NCBI GenBank assembly: GCA_951804945.1
Contig: OX638149.1
Location: 117,056,001-117,120,000, forward strand
DNA from: Podarcis cretensis
Lineage: Eukaryota
Direction of reading: 5' to 3'
DNA: 64,000 nucleotides
Shown: piece after piece, positions 23,857 to 37,357 of the stretch
How the letters are laid out: each line of letters starts with the position of its first letter
Position numbering within the stretch: position 1 is the stretch's first letter
Notes under the pieces: model-generated
Databases searched by the model: none
What the model was told of the DNA's origin: nothing
Seen by the model: the letters and a program-made list of their open reading frames with translations, nothing else
Translations under genes and position numbers: made by a program

Positions 23857-25035
23857 TCATTTCCAACACCATAATTCTATGTTTCTACTGAATGGCATGA
23901 AGTGGAGTGCATTAGTTGTGCTTGACTGTTTAATTCAGTTGAAATGAATGGGATTTATGGTTCATTGATTTCAGTGGGACTTAAGCATCTCCCCCCCCCC
24001 CCCCGGATTGGTGCTGTATAATCAATAGCACCATTTCAGTGAATAGCTTTTATTTCACTTACCATCCTACACCTCAGACCACATTCCTTTTTCTGATATA
24101 AAACAGCCCCATAAAGCAAATCCAATAAGAATAATTGCTGAATCTACCTCCAGGTGTTAAGTGTACTTTAAGTCACACAAAAAATACGTAGAAGATTATA
24201 TACCAGTGTAAAAAATTATTACAAGTTTAAATATTTATTATTGTGTGATATGTTACTGAATCCCTATCCCAATTAATATTCTCTTTATGACTTTATGACT
24301 TGGAGTGAGATTTCCTTTTCCATTAATAGAAGGGTTCCTTTCTTCTGCAGAAGTTTCTCTGTTCCAATAGAGGATCCCGCTGACAGAAAATGTGAGAGCA
24401 AATTTTTGTGGATTCCTCCTTCCCCTTGCATTCTCATGCCACAGGAGGGTTCCCCAAATTTGCCAGAGCAAATTTTCAGGGGGATGCAGGGTGAAGCAGC
24501 AAAATTTTCCTTTTCTTCCTTCTGTCAGCAGGAACACCCCATAATGAGCATTCAGCTCATGGATCTGCAGTACCAATTTTTTTTTTAAAGGGGGTATTTA
24601 AATCATCAAACATTTATTGCAGACTCTTGTATCTCCCAGATCAACTTTCCTCAGCCTGGTATCCTCCAGATGTCTGAGGCTCTCAGCTCCCATCATCCCT
24701 GACCGACAGCCATACTGGTTGGAGCAGTTGGAAATTGTAGTCCAAAACATCTGTAGAATAGCAGGAGAGGGAAGACTGCCCTTGATGGGGAACTTGTGGC
24801 CCTCCAGACTTTGCTAGATTTCAATTCCCATCAGTCCCAGCCACAATGGCTAATGTTCTAGAATGATGGGAGCTGTGATTTTGCTTTTTTAGTACTAATG
24901 GAAAAGTGAACATCTGAGTCTGTCTATACATATTAAACACCAACCCATATATCTGAGATGTATTATGCCTTCAGTTTACGTATATGCAGATATTCCCCAA
25001 TATTCATGCACTGATTAAATGGGAAATTGTCAGTA

Positions 25036-25274
25036 CAGTGGTACCTTGGTACTTGGTTCCCAAACAAATCGACTCCCAAACGCCGCAAACCTGAAAAGTG
25101 TACTGGGTTGCGAATGTTTTTCGGAAGCCTAATGTCCGATGTGACAGACAAGTGGCTTCCGATTGGCTCTTGTGATTGCAAGAGCCAATCAGACGCCGTG
25201 CCTTGGAAATTGAACGTTTCGGAAGTTGAATATCCTTCTGGAATGGATTACGTTCAACTTCTGAGGTACCACTG
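25036..25274. mobile_element. Tc1/mariner-type MITE, related family
   Basis: TA|CAGTGGTACCT ... AGGTACCACTG|TA. Confidence 0.8.
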
Positions 25275-25469
25275 TATAAACTGAATCCTAAAATAATGTC
25301 CACCCTTTGATTCAAGGTATATTTTAAAATATATGAATGTTTTAATCATCTTGCAGCATTACAAAGTGTTGTCTTAACATGATAATTGATTGATAGTATC
25401 TGGTAGATACAAGATGAATTTTTCAAGAAAGCATTTTAGTAAAATGTAAATAATTTTTTCCCCATACAG

Positions 25470-28400
25470 AGATTTCTAGCTCTATTATTGTGTCTTCTGA
25501 GGAAGAAAGAACTGAGAGTTACACCAGCGGCCTACAATTATGTGATAGAGATAAAACACTTGAACTCATGCCTGAAAATCCAGTTTATTCTAGCAGTTTA
25601 GAGGTGAAAAGGGAGAAGAGCAATGTCCCAACCTTCCTCAAGCATGTGTCAAATGTTGAAATAAGTTTAGGAGATTTAGCTAGACTTTCTGTTGTAGTTA
25701 CTGGGGATCCAAAACCACAGATACAATGGTATTTCAATAGTGTTAAGCTGACATCATCTGCAGACTATAAGTTTGTGTTTGATGATGAAAACTATAGCCT
25801 CATTATTCTCTCCACAAAATTTGACCATGAAGGGGAATATACTTGCATTGCTAGTAATATCCATGGAGAGACAGCCTGCTCTGCTTATCTGAAGGTCAAT
25901 CCTAAGGGAGATGAAAGGGAACTGGAGGCAGAATTCACTGCAGAGAAGACAGGAAGTCCTCGACCTCCATATTTTGTTAGGAAGCTAAACCCTGTTCAGT
26001 GTGCACAAGGTGCTCCTGCTGTGTTTGAGTACAAAGTGGCTGGGGATCCACCTCCAGAGATTCAGTGGTTTAGGGGAAACAACCAGATTTTCTCCTGTGC
26101 ACGATACACTATCATTCATAACCGAGATGGTTCTGGGTCACTAACGGTGAACAACTGCCAGGGGGCCGATGGTGGCTTATACATCTGTAAGGGAATCAAC
26201 CTCATAGGTGAAGCCTCTAGCAGTGCAGAACTTCTTGTTCTCTTAGACGTGCCTGGGGAGGCTCCATATAAGGAAAAGAAGAGTAAACAGAAAACACGCA
26301 CCAAGTCATATAAAGAAACTGTAAGTGACGAGGCTACTGTCTCACGGATATATGCCGTTAAACTGCCTGGTGATGATAGGCATGATGGGCAGCATGTGAT
26401 GTATACAATTGGAACTGAAGATAGGCATTCACTACATAGTGAAGAGGTAGATGTTTTGCAGGTGGCTTCCTACTCAACAGCTACTGTACAGCAGGAAGCC
26501 CTTCTGACCCAACAAGTAGCCTTGCTTGAGTCTCACAAAGTTGGAGAAATTGCAGATCCATTTTCTCAGGCCAATGAAAAGGTGGCTTCTTCAGCTTTTA
26601 CCACATGTGAGGTGAAGGAGCACCCCGGTTTCCTAGAGCAACACTCTGAACCAATTCAAAGCCCACCAATAGTCGAATTGCCGGGTTCCTGGTGCCACCA
26701 AGTTTCTGACATCTGTTTACCTGTTGTGGAGGAAATAAACCAAGAAGACAAAGAAATGGGGCTGCAAACCAAGCTTCCAGAAATGGTCAGGCCAACGTCA
26801 GCTATCGAGCAAACATCTCAGTTTGCCTCCATTCTGTCTGAGGAGAAATATGTGGTAAGCCCCGGTGAGTCTGCTGTATTCTCAGTCCCAGGAGCTGAGG
26901 AAGTCATTGAAACCAGTGAGCCTAAACATGCAGTGTGTGTTCCTAGAATTGAGGGCACCCAAGAATTGTCCAAGGAAAGTTCTTTGGCAGACCACACACA
27001 CAAGTGGGAGAATGTCACACCTGCTAAAGAACGAGGCAGCTTTTTTCAGTCTGTTGTAGCAGCAGAACAATGCAAGATAAGTGAAGCTCATGCTGAGGCA
27101 ATTGATTATGCTGATTCACCTGCAGAAGTTCGTCCAACCCAAGAATCATCCAACTTATTGCATGTGGCTACGATTGCCTCTGAACAGATGTTCCCCAAAG
27201 AGTCCGCCTTTGATGCAACCATTGCAGAGCAGCAGAAGGGCTCGCTGGAACAGGACAGGCTTGTCCAAACAGCTCTGGTTGCTGAAGAAAAGCAGCAGCT
27301 CTCTGATGAACACACTGAGGACCTTCCCAGGTTAGACTGCACGGTGGTAGCAGAAATCCAAAGAGAGGGTGAAAAGCCACTGCATTTGCCTGTTGTACAT
27401 GGACAAGGCTTGCTTCCTAGAGAAGAGCATTTTAGTTCTGAGGTGCCCCTGGAAGATGAGGCGCTGTCTAGGAAAAGCCCATGTTTGCTACACTGCTTAG
27501 TAACAGAAGAACAAGTTTCCACGTCTTGTGAAGATGCTAAGCAGTTTCCTCCTCTGGCAGAGGCAGTTAGCATTCAGGTCACCCAGGAGCCCATTTCTGT
27601 GTTGCATCTCCAAACGACCCAAACTGAGCAAGTGTTGCCTAAGGAAGGCATCTTGGCTGTACAAGAACCCGAACCCCAAAATGCTTTGCAGAAAGCTGAA
27701 ATAATGCTCAAACGTGCTGTGGCGTCTGAGGAAAAAAACCAGATAGCTGCCGAGGCCCTAGAGGCTTTTCAGAGTGGCATTGCTGGAGAATACCCTGTGG
27801 CTATAGCAGAGCCTCAGCTTCGTAAGTGTCTGACCACTGTGGCTGAGGAGATGCTTCTGCCCAAAGAGGAAATCCTCCCCGAAGCAGAAAAAGAGCAGAA
27901 AGCTACCCTGAGGAAGGAAGACTTTCAAACAGTGATGCAGGTATCTGATGTGACTGAAGAGAGGGTCTTGGATGTAGGACATGCTGAGCCATTTGAGGCT
28001 GTTCAGGCCATGAGTTGTGAGGTGGTGTCTGAGCCCAGGTTGCCTTCAGAATCCACCTGTGTTGAGGAGCAAGGTGTTCCGATAGAGAGCATCGATCTCT
28101 TGGAAGCCACAGAGCAAGAATTTGCAGCCCGCATCCAAGAAGGTCAGTCAGTCAGGCTCCCATTGTTATTGGAGGAAAAACAGCCATTAAAGGAAGAGCA
28201 CTTGGACAAGATCGCAAGGCCAGATGCTGAGAATGTAAAGGCCCAAAAGCAACTGGGGCTGCTTATGGGTGTGCCTGAAACGTGGGAAAACAAAGTGCTT
28301 CGGAAAGAAGAAGAACTTGCAGCTGAGACTCCAGTATGTTGTAGCTTAGATATGAAGGCTCAGATCAGAAGGGCCCTGAAAGTAGCTCTGACAAATGAAC

Positions 28401-29333
28401 AGCACTTATTTCCATTGGATGCTTTCGATGATATTGAGAGCGTTCAATTAAAGACTGTAACAGTGATCAAAGAACATCAACATGCAACATGCACTTGCCT
28501 TATAATCTTGGAAAGTTCCAATACTGCAGAAATAACTCTCTCTCTAGATGGAATATATTCTCAGACAGCTGATTTCAAAAGTGAATTGCAAGCTGCTGTT
28601 CACTCCATTATTTATGATGAGAAACATATTCTGACAGCAGAGGAACCCAGTGCCATAGCAGAACCTAAACACCACAAGTTGCTTACTTCTTGTTCACCTT
28701 CCAAACTAATGCAGTCTGCTACTGTAACTGAGACACCTGTTCAGCAACAATCTGTCAGTAATATTATTGGTTCACCTGAGCTACATCATGCTTACCTGAG
28801 TACTGAATCAGAAATACAGGAGGACCAACTTGTGTCTATTCAAGAAGTCCAAACTATTGCTCTCAGTGAGCACATTAAAGATGTAGGTACAACCACACTC
28901 ACCCTTGATATTCCTGTAGCAGCAGCCCCAGTTGAGAGGTTAATAGATGCTCTAAAAGTGAAAGAGAGAAAGGAAGAACTTTTTGAGGAAAATGAAGAGG
29001 AGGCACATGTAGTTAAGGCTAGCAAACAAGAAGACAGTCTAGCGAGCAGGGGTTGTCCCATCATGCGCCAAAGTTTTATAGACACTGTTGTTGAAGAAGG
29101 TGACAGCGTAAGTCTTACTTCCATTATAGAAAATGTTAAAGTGGTGAATTGGTATTTTGGGGATAAGCTGGTATCTTCAGGAAATGAGTTCAAGTGCTTG
29201 CAAGACCATGACACATACACACTAGTAATCAACCAAGCATTCAAGGAAGTCCATCAAGGAGAGTACACCTGTGAGGCTCTGAATGAAGGTGGAAAAACAA
29301 CAGCAACAGCGAAACTCACAGTTGTAAAAAGAG
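25470..29333 (+). CDS. TTN: TTN N2B exon (exon 49), 3864 nt: two Ig + N2B unique sequence + Ig
   Basis: atacag|AG ATT TCT; PTFLKHVSNVEISLGDLARLSV, SADYKFVFD, EFKCLQDHDTYTLVI, AKLTVVKR; |gttgga. Confidence 0.96.
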
Positions 29334-30232
29334 GTTGGAATATGGGGATAAAATATTGCTTTCCTATTTTCACTCATTTGCTAACTGAATAGAACACACA
29401 TATATATATTTGTATCTCTAGTAGCATTTTGGATACAGATATAAGAAGTATATAAACTTCAGCTGTGCACCACCAAACTAATCACAGATCCTCCACTTTT
29501 TGTTTCCTCTTTAGAACTTTTATTTCTTTAAATATATTTCTTATTCACACCTTTTATTTGCATTTTGCACTTTTTGGTACTGAAAGAAAATTAAATTTTG
29601 TTTCATGAATGATGATTGTTAAATAAACTATTTGTAATGTCAGATTTTTTAAAAAAGAGTGCATGTCTTAGGAGCACTTTCATCCCCATATCCACAGAGC
29701 AACTTGGTTCACTTTTCCTTTTCATTGCTACAATAAAGATGCAATCCTGAACACGCTTACTAGGGAGGAAGCCCCACTGAGCACAGTGAGACTTGCTTCT
29801 GAGTAGACGTGCCAAGAGATTGCACAGCACGTTGTAGAAGTCATTGCACCATTTTAGCATAATGTCACACATTTCATGTTGAAAATGTTCTGGTACAACC
29901 TGGTATAATTTCATATATCATGTTGTTTGCATGCCTTTAGTAGTAAGTAGCACATCAGAGTATCTTCAGAGTTCCATTATGCACTGCAATGTATGTAGCC
30001 CTCTGGTAGACTGAGCACTGCTTTCGGTTTGCTTTCACCTCTGACAACCATTTTTCTTTACAGCCACTTTCCCTGGATAGCTCATGAAACCACACATCTC
30101 ATTTCTCTTGGTCACTTTATTAACAGTGTTTTGGAATGTACACTTATAAGCACCATACATGCTATTAGTATTACAATATCCACATGAACGTGGATGGTTG
30201 TAACCACATTATTCTTTGACTTTTAACTTCAG

Positions 30233-30511
30233 TTGGACCCATACTGAGGAGAAGGCTGGAATCCCAAGAAGTCGCTGTGAACCACCTTGCCAAGTTCACC
30301 TGCGAGATCGAGATGGCGCCAGACGTACGGTTTCAATGGTACAGAGCCGGTCGGGAAATCTATGATGGCGACAAGTATACCATACACACCGCTAATTATA
30401 CATCCACTCTTCAAATCCCGAGACCGCAAGTAGTTGACTGTGGCGAATACAGCTGCAAAGCTTCCAATAAGTATGGCAGTGTAAGCAGCAAAGCAACCTT
30501 AACGGTAACTG
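30233..30511 (+). CDS. TTN: TTN Ig exon 50, 279 nt
   Basis: VGPILRRRLESQEVAVNHLAKFTCEIE...ATLTVT; consensus donor |gtaagt. Confidence 0.95.
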
Positions 30512-31344
30512 GTAAGTGCGAGACATGAACCCTGTGCTGCTTCCTTGTTAGGTAACTGAATGTGTTCACCATTAGTATGTGGTAAAATGCATCTAGGGCC
30601 AATAACAGACTAAGGATTTCCATTTCTGTGCATATAGAAATAGAAGAAAATACCAGGTATTTGGCCCCCAGGTTCAACATACATATCCAGGAGCAAAAAA
30701 TATATTTTCATCGGAAGCTGAGTCAAAGAACAGATTTGTAATTATTGTATATTATTTCCGAACTCTTTTAAACGTGGAGGAAAACTTACGAGTAATAAAG
30801 GGAATACTCTAGTTCATTTCAGATGTGCACCATTTGGTACAATCACACACACTACAAGCACCTCTCTCTAGTGATGGAAGAACTGCAGTTGGTGAAGGAG
30901 ATTGTAGGCAAGAACTTCCACACTTAAAGCATTTCACACTGGGGTCGGGAGGAGAGAAGAAGGCAGCAATGGCATGGATTGTGCCCAGAGGCATTTGAAA
31001 TGTTTTTTGATTCCGTCATATTCACCTATAAACATTCACTCTTAAATGTCTTAAGCTTCTCAAAAAGATTATAGTATTAACTGAGTCGTCTGGTCATGAT
31101 CTTGCTGGGATGCAGTTGATTTTATTTACTCTTTGAGATCCATGCTTACAGACGTAGTGGGTAGTGGGAGCCATCTTGAAATGAATAAAGGATACATAAT
31201 GACATCGCTCTTTTAAAAAGATCTCCCTAGGCCTTTTTATTACTATAATAATTGCCTATACCTTTCATCTTACTGGAATCTGTATTGCTGATTGATTCAT
31301 GACATGCACTTCAAATCCTCACATGTAAACCTAATTTCATGACT

Positions 31345-31424
31345 AAATAACTCTTGCTAGATGGCTTTTAAAACTGCTCTTTTAGATAACAAATAACTCT
31401 TGCTAGATGGCTTTTAGAACTGCT
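31345..31424. repeat. Local ~34-bp direct duplication
   Basis: aaataactcttgctagatggcttttaRaactgct at 31345 and 31391. Confidence 0.85.
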
Positions 31425-31592
31425 AGATCATCCTAATGATTTACTGGATGTATTGAGTCTTGGGAATCTTTACTGCACATTATTTCTAGGCAATTTAATG
31501 TGTTTCTGTCTCCTTTCTTTGGTGCTGGGGTGTGGGGGAAAGGTTGCTGTATTGGCCAAGTCCATGTCAACTTTCCCCCCTTTCTTTTGCAG

Positions 31593-32156
31593 AAGCGTTT
31601 CCTCCAACCTTTCTAACCAGACCCGAATCTATTACTACTTTTGTGGGTAAGAGTGCCAGGTTCCTCTGCACAGTGGCAGGCACCCCCGTAATCGACACAG
31701 TGTGGCAGAAAGATGGTGCCGCAATTTCTTCCACAGAACATTGTAAGATTTCAGCTTCTGAGAATAAGCACAGTTTAGAGATTCCACGCCTCACCGTAAA
31801 TGACAGGGGGGTATATACCTGCAAAGCCTCAAACAAATTTGGAGCAGACATCTGCCAGGCAGAAATAGCTGTCATTGATAAACCACGATTCGTCAAGGAA
31901 CTGCAGTCTGTTCAGTCTGCAGTCAATAAGAAGATCCATCTTGAATGCCAAGTGGATGAAGACAGGAAAGTCACAGTATCCTGGAGCAAGGATGGAACCC
32001 GAATACCTCCAGGCAAAGATTACAAGATTTGCTTTGAAGACAAGATAGCATCACTTGATATCCCTCTGTCTAAACTTAAAGATTCGGGAACATATGCATG
32101 CACTGCTGCAAATGAGGCTGGAAGTAGCTCTTCTTCGGCCACTGTAACAATCAGAG
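31593..32156 (+). CDS. TTN: TTN exon 51, two Ig domains, 564 nt
   Basis: EAFPPTFLTRPESITTFVGK...IDKPRFVKELQSVQSAVNKK...TVTIR; |gtaagg. Confidence 0.95.
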
Positions 32157-32835
32157 GTAAGGAAATTGTCGGCCTGCTAAACTTGGTGCCATTTATGTCC
32201 CCTTATTTATAGTAGTTGCGCTTCAAAGAGGAGCTGCCAGAGTCACTCCACGGGTTTAAGTGGGCCCTGGCCACGCCCCCACAGTGCCCTGATTGGCCAC
32301 CTGGCAATGGCGTGGCCGGGTCACCCTCAATGTGACGCAGGATGCTATCCTGCACCATGCTGAGGCAGGGCTGGGGCCTGGTGGCCTGAACGCAACCCGG
32401 TCCCACGCGGAACCAATTTGTTAGTTCCAAATAATGAAGAAGTGAGAGGTAACATTGAGAAGGAAAAAGCTAATCATAGCACATTTCTCCAAGTGTGGTG
32501 TGGTGTTCCTTTGTAAAAAGAAAAGCTACAATCTTTTTCACTCGTCTTTGTGTCTTTACTAAAGCTTATTGTCTGATTTCCTTAAATGTGCAAACTTTAT
32601 TCCAGTGTTGACTAAAACTGTCATTTATTTATTTTTCCGTCCTAGGTGATTCTTTAGAGAAGTCATGATTTACCATGATAAAAAGCAGAATTGAGAGCAA
32701 TGGCAGGAATTGGAGTTTTGTCCTGGATAGATATCTGCATGCTTCTCAATAGCTTGTCTTTGTAATCGTCCTATCAAATCGATCTTCTTAAGGTGTTATA
32801 TTTCAGGCTTCTTTCTTTCTGAACTTTTCTTCTAG

Positions 32836-33117
32836 AGCCACCATCGTTCCTGAAGAAAGTGGACCCCTCTTACTTGTTGACTCCTGGAGAGTCAGCACAC
32901 CTTCAGTGCAAAATCAAAGGGTCTCCTGAGATCCAGGTGACATGGTACAAAAATAACAAAGAAATTAGAGAGAGCGACACACAGAGGATGTCTTTTGCCA
33001 ATAACGTGGCTGTGCTAGATATTACCAATGTGAAAGTTGATGACAGTGGAAGTTACTCATGTGAAGCAGTTAATGATGCTGGCAGTGACAGCTGTAGTAC
33101 TGAGATTGTTGTCAAAG
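32836..33117 (+). CDS. TTN: TTN Ig exon 52 (282 nt)
   Basis: EPPSFLKKVDPSYLLTPG; AG/GT flanks. Confidence 0.93.
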
Positions 33118-33221
33118 GTTTGTTCTTAAACCCAGGGATGCTTTCTTTTCAAGGTGCTCTGTTCTGTTGCAAGTGTACTATCGGTCACTAATTCTTTATT
33201 CATGCTTTGATGATTTTATAG

Positions 33222-33500
33222 AGCCTCCTACTTTCATCAAAACTCTTGAGCCGGGCGACATAGTGAGAGGAATGAATGCTACTCTTCATTGTGAGGTTTC
33301 TGGTACTGGACCGTTTGAAATCAGTTGGTTTAAAGACAGGAAACAAATTCGCAGTAGTAAAAAATACAGGTTGACTTCCCAAAAGTCTCTTATCTCTCTG
33401 GAGATTTCTTCATTTAATAGTGCAGATGTTGGTGAATACGAATGTTCCATAGCGAATGAAGTTGGAAAATGTGTTTGCAGTGCAACATATATACTTAAAG
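33222..33500 (+). CDS. TTN: TTN Ig exon 53 (279 nt)
   Basis: EPPTFIKTLEPGDIVRG; AG/GT flanks. Confidence 0.93.
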
Positions 33501-34501
33501 GTTAGTGAGCAAGTGAACAAACAAAACCTATTTTTAACATAGTGCAAAAGGAGAAAATAACTCTTTCGTGGAAACCAATTTTTCTTTTTTAGTTGTCTCC
33601 TTTCCTTTCCTTCTCTTTCTGTGTCTTGTTACATCTTGGAATCTTTTCTTATATTCTTGAATGCAGGAATAAAAGCAGATAACAGATTTCATTGAAATTA
33701 ATTCTCAAGCAAGAGGCTGTTTTACACAGTCAATTCAGTTCTCTTTTAAAGGTGACCTTGCCTTTCAAAACAATATGCAGACCAGAATACAGCCATCCTT
33801 TAAAATTCACACTTCTTTGAATTTTGCAATGCATTGTTCCAACTAGGAAATGAACACTAAAATGAAAAATAGTTTTGGGAAATAGTGAATATTGGGCAAA
33901 ATAGCATTAAAAATGTGTGTAGTAGAAGAAATTAATACTAAACTGCTGATAAATTTTCACGAGAACTTCTTTTAAAAACTGCAAACTGATGTGGAAATGT
34001 GAGGACTCAATTTAAGACTTTTAAAAAAGAGGAACTGATAGGTTTGCCCATCCCTACACATGATATGTAAAGAGTTTATTGCTTCTGTCAGCTTGTGATA
34101 CAAATGTAAAACCTACCCAAGTCAGCATTCTAATTTGAAATGCTAATGCATCTTTTCATCTCCCATCCCCAAAATTATCAGTACTCAAAGTTCCACCAAG
34201 TATTGAAAGAGGAGCCCAAAGGCAATTCATATGTTAAAAATGCTCTTAGCATTCCCACACACTTACTTAAAAGTAAGCCTCACTGAACTCAATGGGACTT
34301 ACCTCTGAGTAGGCACGCCTATGGTTGGTCTGTTAGCCTTTCCTTTGATAAGTATAGTGTCATGAAATTAAGGGGTTTCCAACATAAAGCATAGCCAAAA
34401 GGCAAAATCTCTACTCCTGACATCCTTCTGAGAAGCAAACTTTGGTGCCCAGTAAAAGAATTCCTCTTTTACTCTTCCTAGTCCCCTCATTTACACCAGT
34501 A

Positions 34502-34737
34502 GTGGGGAACCTGTGGTCCTCCAAGTGTTGCTGAACTACAATTCCCATCAGCCTCAGCCAGCATGGCCAATTTGTAGTTCATCAACATCTGGAGGACCAA
34601 AGGTTCTCCACTCCTGGTTTACATCAATGATGGGGAACCTGCAGCCGTCCAGATGTTGTTGGACCCCATAATTCCTGACCATTGGCTAATGGGGTGGGAG
34701 TTGGAGTACAATATCTAGAGTTCCACAGGTTCCTAAC
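34502..34737. mobile_element. Two adjacent short palindromic MITE-like repeats
   Basis: ggggaacctgtggtcctcca...tggaggaccaaaggttctccac inverted ends; related copies near 2626-2742 and 24630-24875. Confidence 0.6.
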
Positions 34738-34996
34738 CTCTACTTCACCTGGATTAATTTGCCTGCTGTCAAATGTAAGACATTTACTTATTGCTCAACA
34801 AATAATGGTCCCTCTGTCTCCAGATTGAAATGGTAGATTTCCCCCTAACATTCAGAGGTAGAAATCCATAAAAGACGTTGCCATTGTATCCAGAAGGCAA
34901 TTTATTTTCTTTAAAAAGCCTTAAATGCAGCACCAATCACCATATGATGCAATGATAGATAAGGGTTTTTCTTCCTTCCTTTCTTTTTCAAATTAG

Positions 34997-35275
34997 AACC
35001 TCCCTCTTTCATTAAGAAAATCGAAGATGTTACTGCACTCGCTGGGGATGAAGTTTTCTTACAGGCAGCTGTGAGAGGCTCAGCTCCTATTTCTGTCACT
35101 TGGATGAAGGGGAAAGATATTATTAAAGAAGATAACAAAGTCAAAGTGACCTTTGAAAATGGCATTGCAACTTTGCAAATCACAGATGTCCAGATTAGTT
35201 CTGGTGGTAAATATACATGTCTAGCTGAGAATGATGCAGGAAGCCAAACATGTTTTGGAGAATTAGCAGTTAAAG
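34997..35275 (+). CDS. TTN: TTN Ig exon 54 (279 nt)
   Basis: EPPSFIKKIEDVTALAG; AG/GT flanks. Confidence 0.93.
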
Positions 35276-35373
35276 GTCAGTGTGTGAGCACTTTAAGATC
35301 GCACAATTCTTCTTATACACAGGCATATTGTTCGCATTAGGTCTATAATGACCACTGTTTAATTCTGTTATAG

Positions 35374-35652
35374 AGCCTGCTACTATTGTTGAGAGAGCTG
35401 AATTCATTCAGGTGACAGCAGGGGACCCAGCAACTCTGGAATACACTGTTGCAGGCACTCCAGAGCTAAAAACGAAATGGTTCAAAGACGGAAAGCCTCT
35501 GGCTTCTAACAAAAAGTATAGAATCAGTTTCAAGAACAATGTTGCTCAGTTGAAATTCTACACCGCCGAATTGCACGATACTGGCGAAATCACCTTTGAA
35601 GTTTCAAACGATGTTGGACGCAGTTCGTGCACCACCTCATTTACTGTGTTAG
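35374..35652 (+). CDS. TTN: TTN Ig exon 55 (279 nt)
   Basis: EPATIVERAEFIQVTAG; AG/GT flanks. Confidence 0.93.
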
Positions 35653-35784
35653 GTTGGTAATCCAGCAGCGCTACTGCGATTTAGATGGTAGAACAATTAG
35701 AAGGCGGGAGGTGGGAGGGGACACTCCTAAAACACTCTTTTTGATATATATTGGTTTTCTTTTCTTTGCTGTGCCTTGGAACAG

Positions 35785-36072
35785 ATCGCACCCTTCCTCC
35801 ATTCTTTACCAAACCTCTGCGGAACGTTGATAGCGCGGTTGGTGGCTCCTGCCACTTTGACTGCAAAGTATCAGGTTCTCTTCCAATAAAAGTGTCTTGG
35901 TTTAAGCATGACAAAGAGATCACTGCCAGCGCCAAGTATGCAATACGCTACGAAGAAGGTTCAGCGTCTTTGGACATCAAACACCTGGATACCAATGACG
36001 CAGGAGTGTATTCCTGTAGAGCTACTAACTCTGCAGGGGGCAAGGAAAGCCATGGAACTTTAACAATAAAAG
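35785..36072 (+). CDS. TTN: TTN Ig exon 56 (288 nt)
   Basis: DRTLPPFFTKPLRNVDS; AG/GT flanks. Confidence 0.93.
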
Positions 36073-36205
36073 GTTTGACATCTTCTTTTGCATTCTCTTC
36101 TCAGTATCTCTTTTAACCGTTCTTTCCCCACCCCCTTTTTAACTCCTCACTGCATTAAGTTGAACTACTGATTCTTTCCAACTCTTTCTTTCAAACAATG
36201 TGTAG

Positions 36206-36484
36206 AGCCACCTAGCTTTGTGACAGAGCCAGAGTCTCAAGAAATATCTCCCGGGTCAACAGTGCGTTTGAAGAGTACATTTAAGGGAACAGCACCACTC
36301 TCTGTACGATGGTTTAAGGGTGATGCTGAGCTAACCACTGGCGGAGCTTGTTACATCATGACGGAAGCTTTGTCGAGTTACTTGGAGCTTTACGCTGTGA
36401 AACCTGCTGATTCAGGCGCCTATTCTTGCAAAGTCAGCAACGCGGCTGGTTCAGCCTCATGCAGTGCAAACTTGTTTGTCCAAG
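36206..36484 (+). CDS. TTN: TTN Ig exon 57 (279 nt)
   Basis: EPPSFVTEPESQEISPG; AG/GT flanks. Confidence 0.93.
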
Positions 36485-36599
36485 GTTTGCACAACTCTTT
36501 CTCTTATGATGATATGCTTGGGTGGCGATTTGAGGTGCCTCTTATTTTTCCTTAACCTCTTTCTACAACTCTTCTTAATAACATTCTTTAATTCCACAG

Positions 36600-36881
36600 A
36601 ACCCGCTACTTTCGTGGAAAGACTTGAGCCGTCGCAGTTGATTAAGAAAGGAGAATACGCCCAATTAGAATGTAAAGTTACAGGCACGCCTGAAATTAAA
36701 ATCTCTTGGTTCAAGGATGACAGGGAAATTAAAGACAGTGCCAAACACAAGATGACTTTGGTGGGCTCCACAGCAGTACTCAGACTCCTGGATGTCACTC
36801 TTGAAGACTGTGGTGAATATACATGTGAGGCAAAAAATGATGCTGGGAAAGATACCTGCAGTAGTGTCGTGGTTGTAAAAG
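36600..36881 (+). CDS. TTN: TTN Ig exon 58 (282 nt)
   Basis: EPATFVERLEPSQLIKKG; AG/GT flanks. Confidence 0.93.
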
Positions 36882-36993
36882 GTGTGTGCAAAAGTACCCC
36901 TCCACTCAATTTTCTCAGCAAGTCTTTCGAGCCTTTTAAAGGTCCCAGAACCAATTAACAACCCCCACTCTTTCTTTCTGTCTTGTGCTATAG

Positions 36994-37272
36994 AGTCACC
37001 TTACTTTGTCAAGGAATTTGAACCAAGGGAAGTGTTAAAAGACTCAGATGTGATACTGGAATGTGAGGTCTTAGGTACCCCTCCATTTGAGGTCTATTGG
37101 TTAAAGGACAACAAACCTGTGAGGAGCAGTAGAAAGCACAGAATAAGCATTGAGAATTCCTTGATTAGCCTCCAGGTTTTCAAGTTTGACTCTTCAGATG
37201 CAGGAGAATACCAGTGCAGGGTAACAAACGATGTAGGAAGTTGTGTCTGTAGCTCTGAGTTGGCTCTGAAAG
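36994..37272 (+). CDS. TTN: TTN Ig exon 59 (279 nt)
   Basis: ESPYFVKEFEPREVLKD; AG/GT flanks. Confidence 0.93.
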
Positions 37273-37357
37273 GTCAGTACCGCCTGGAAAATATAATCAT
37301 TTAATTCTGATGTTTAGTTGAGGCTAATACTCACCAAGGCATCTATTCTTTCAATAG

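Noticed and set aside
25490-29392. Stand-alone 1300-aa gene
   Set aside because: It is the N2B exon; the GTG start and post-donor tail are ORF-caller artefacts
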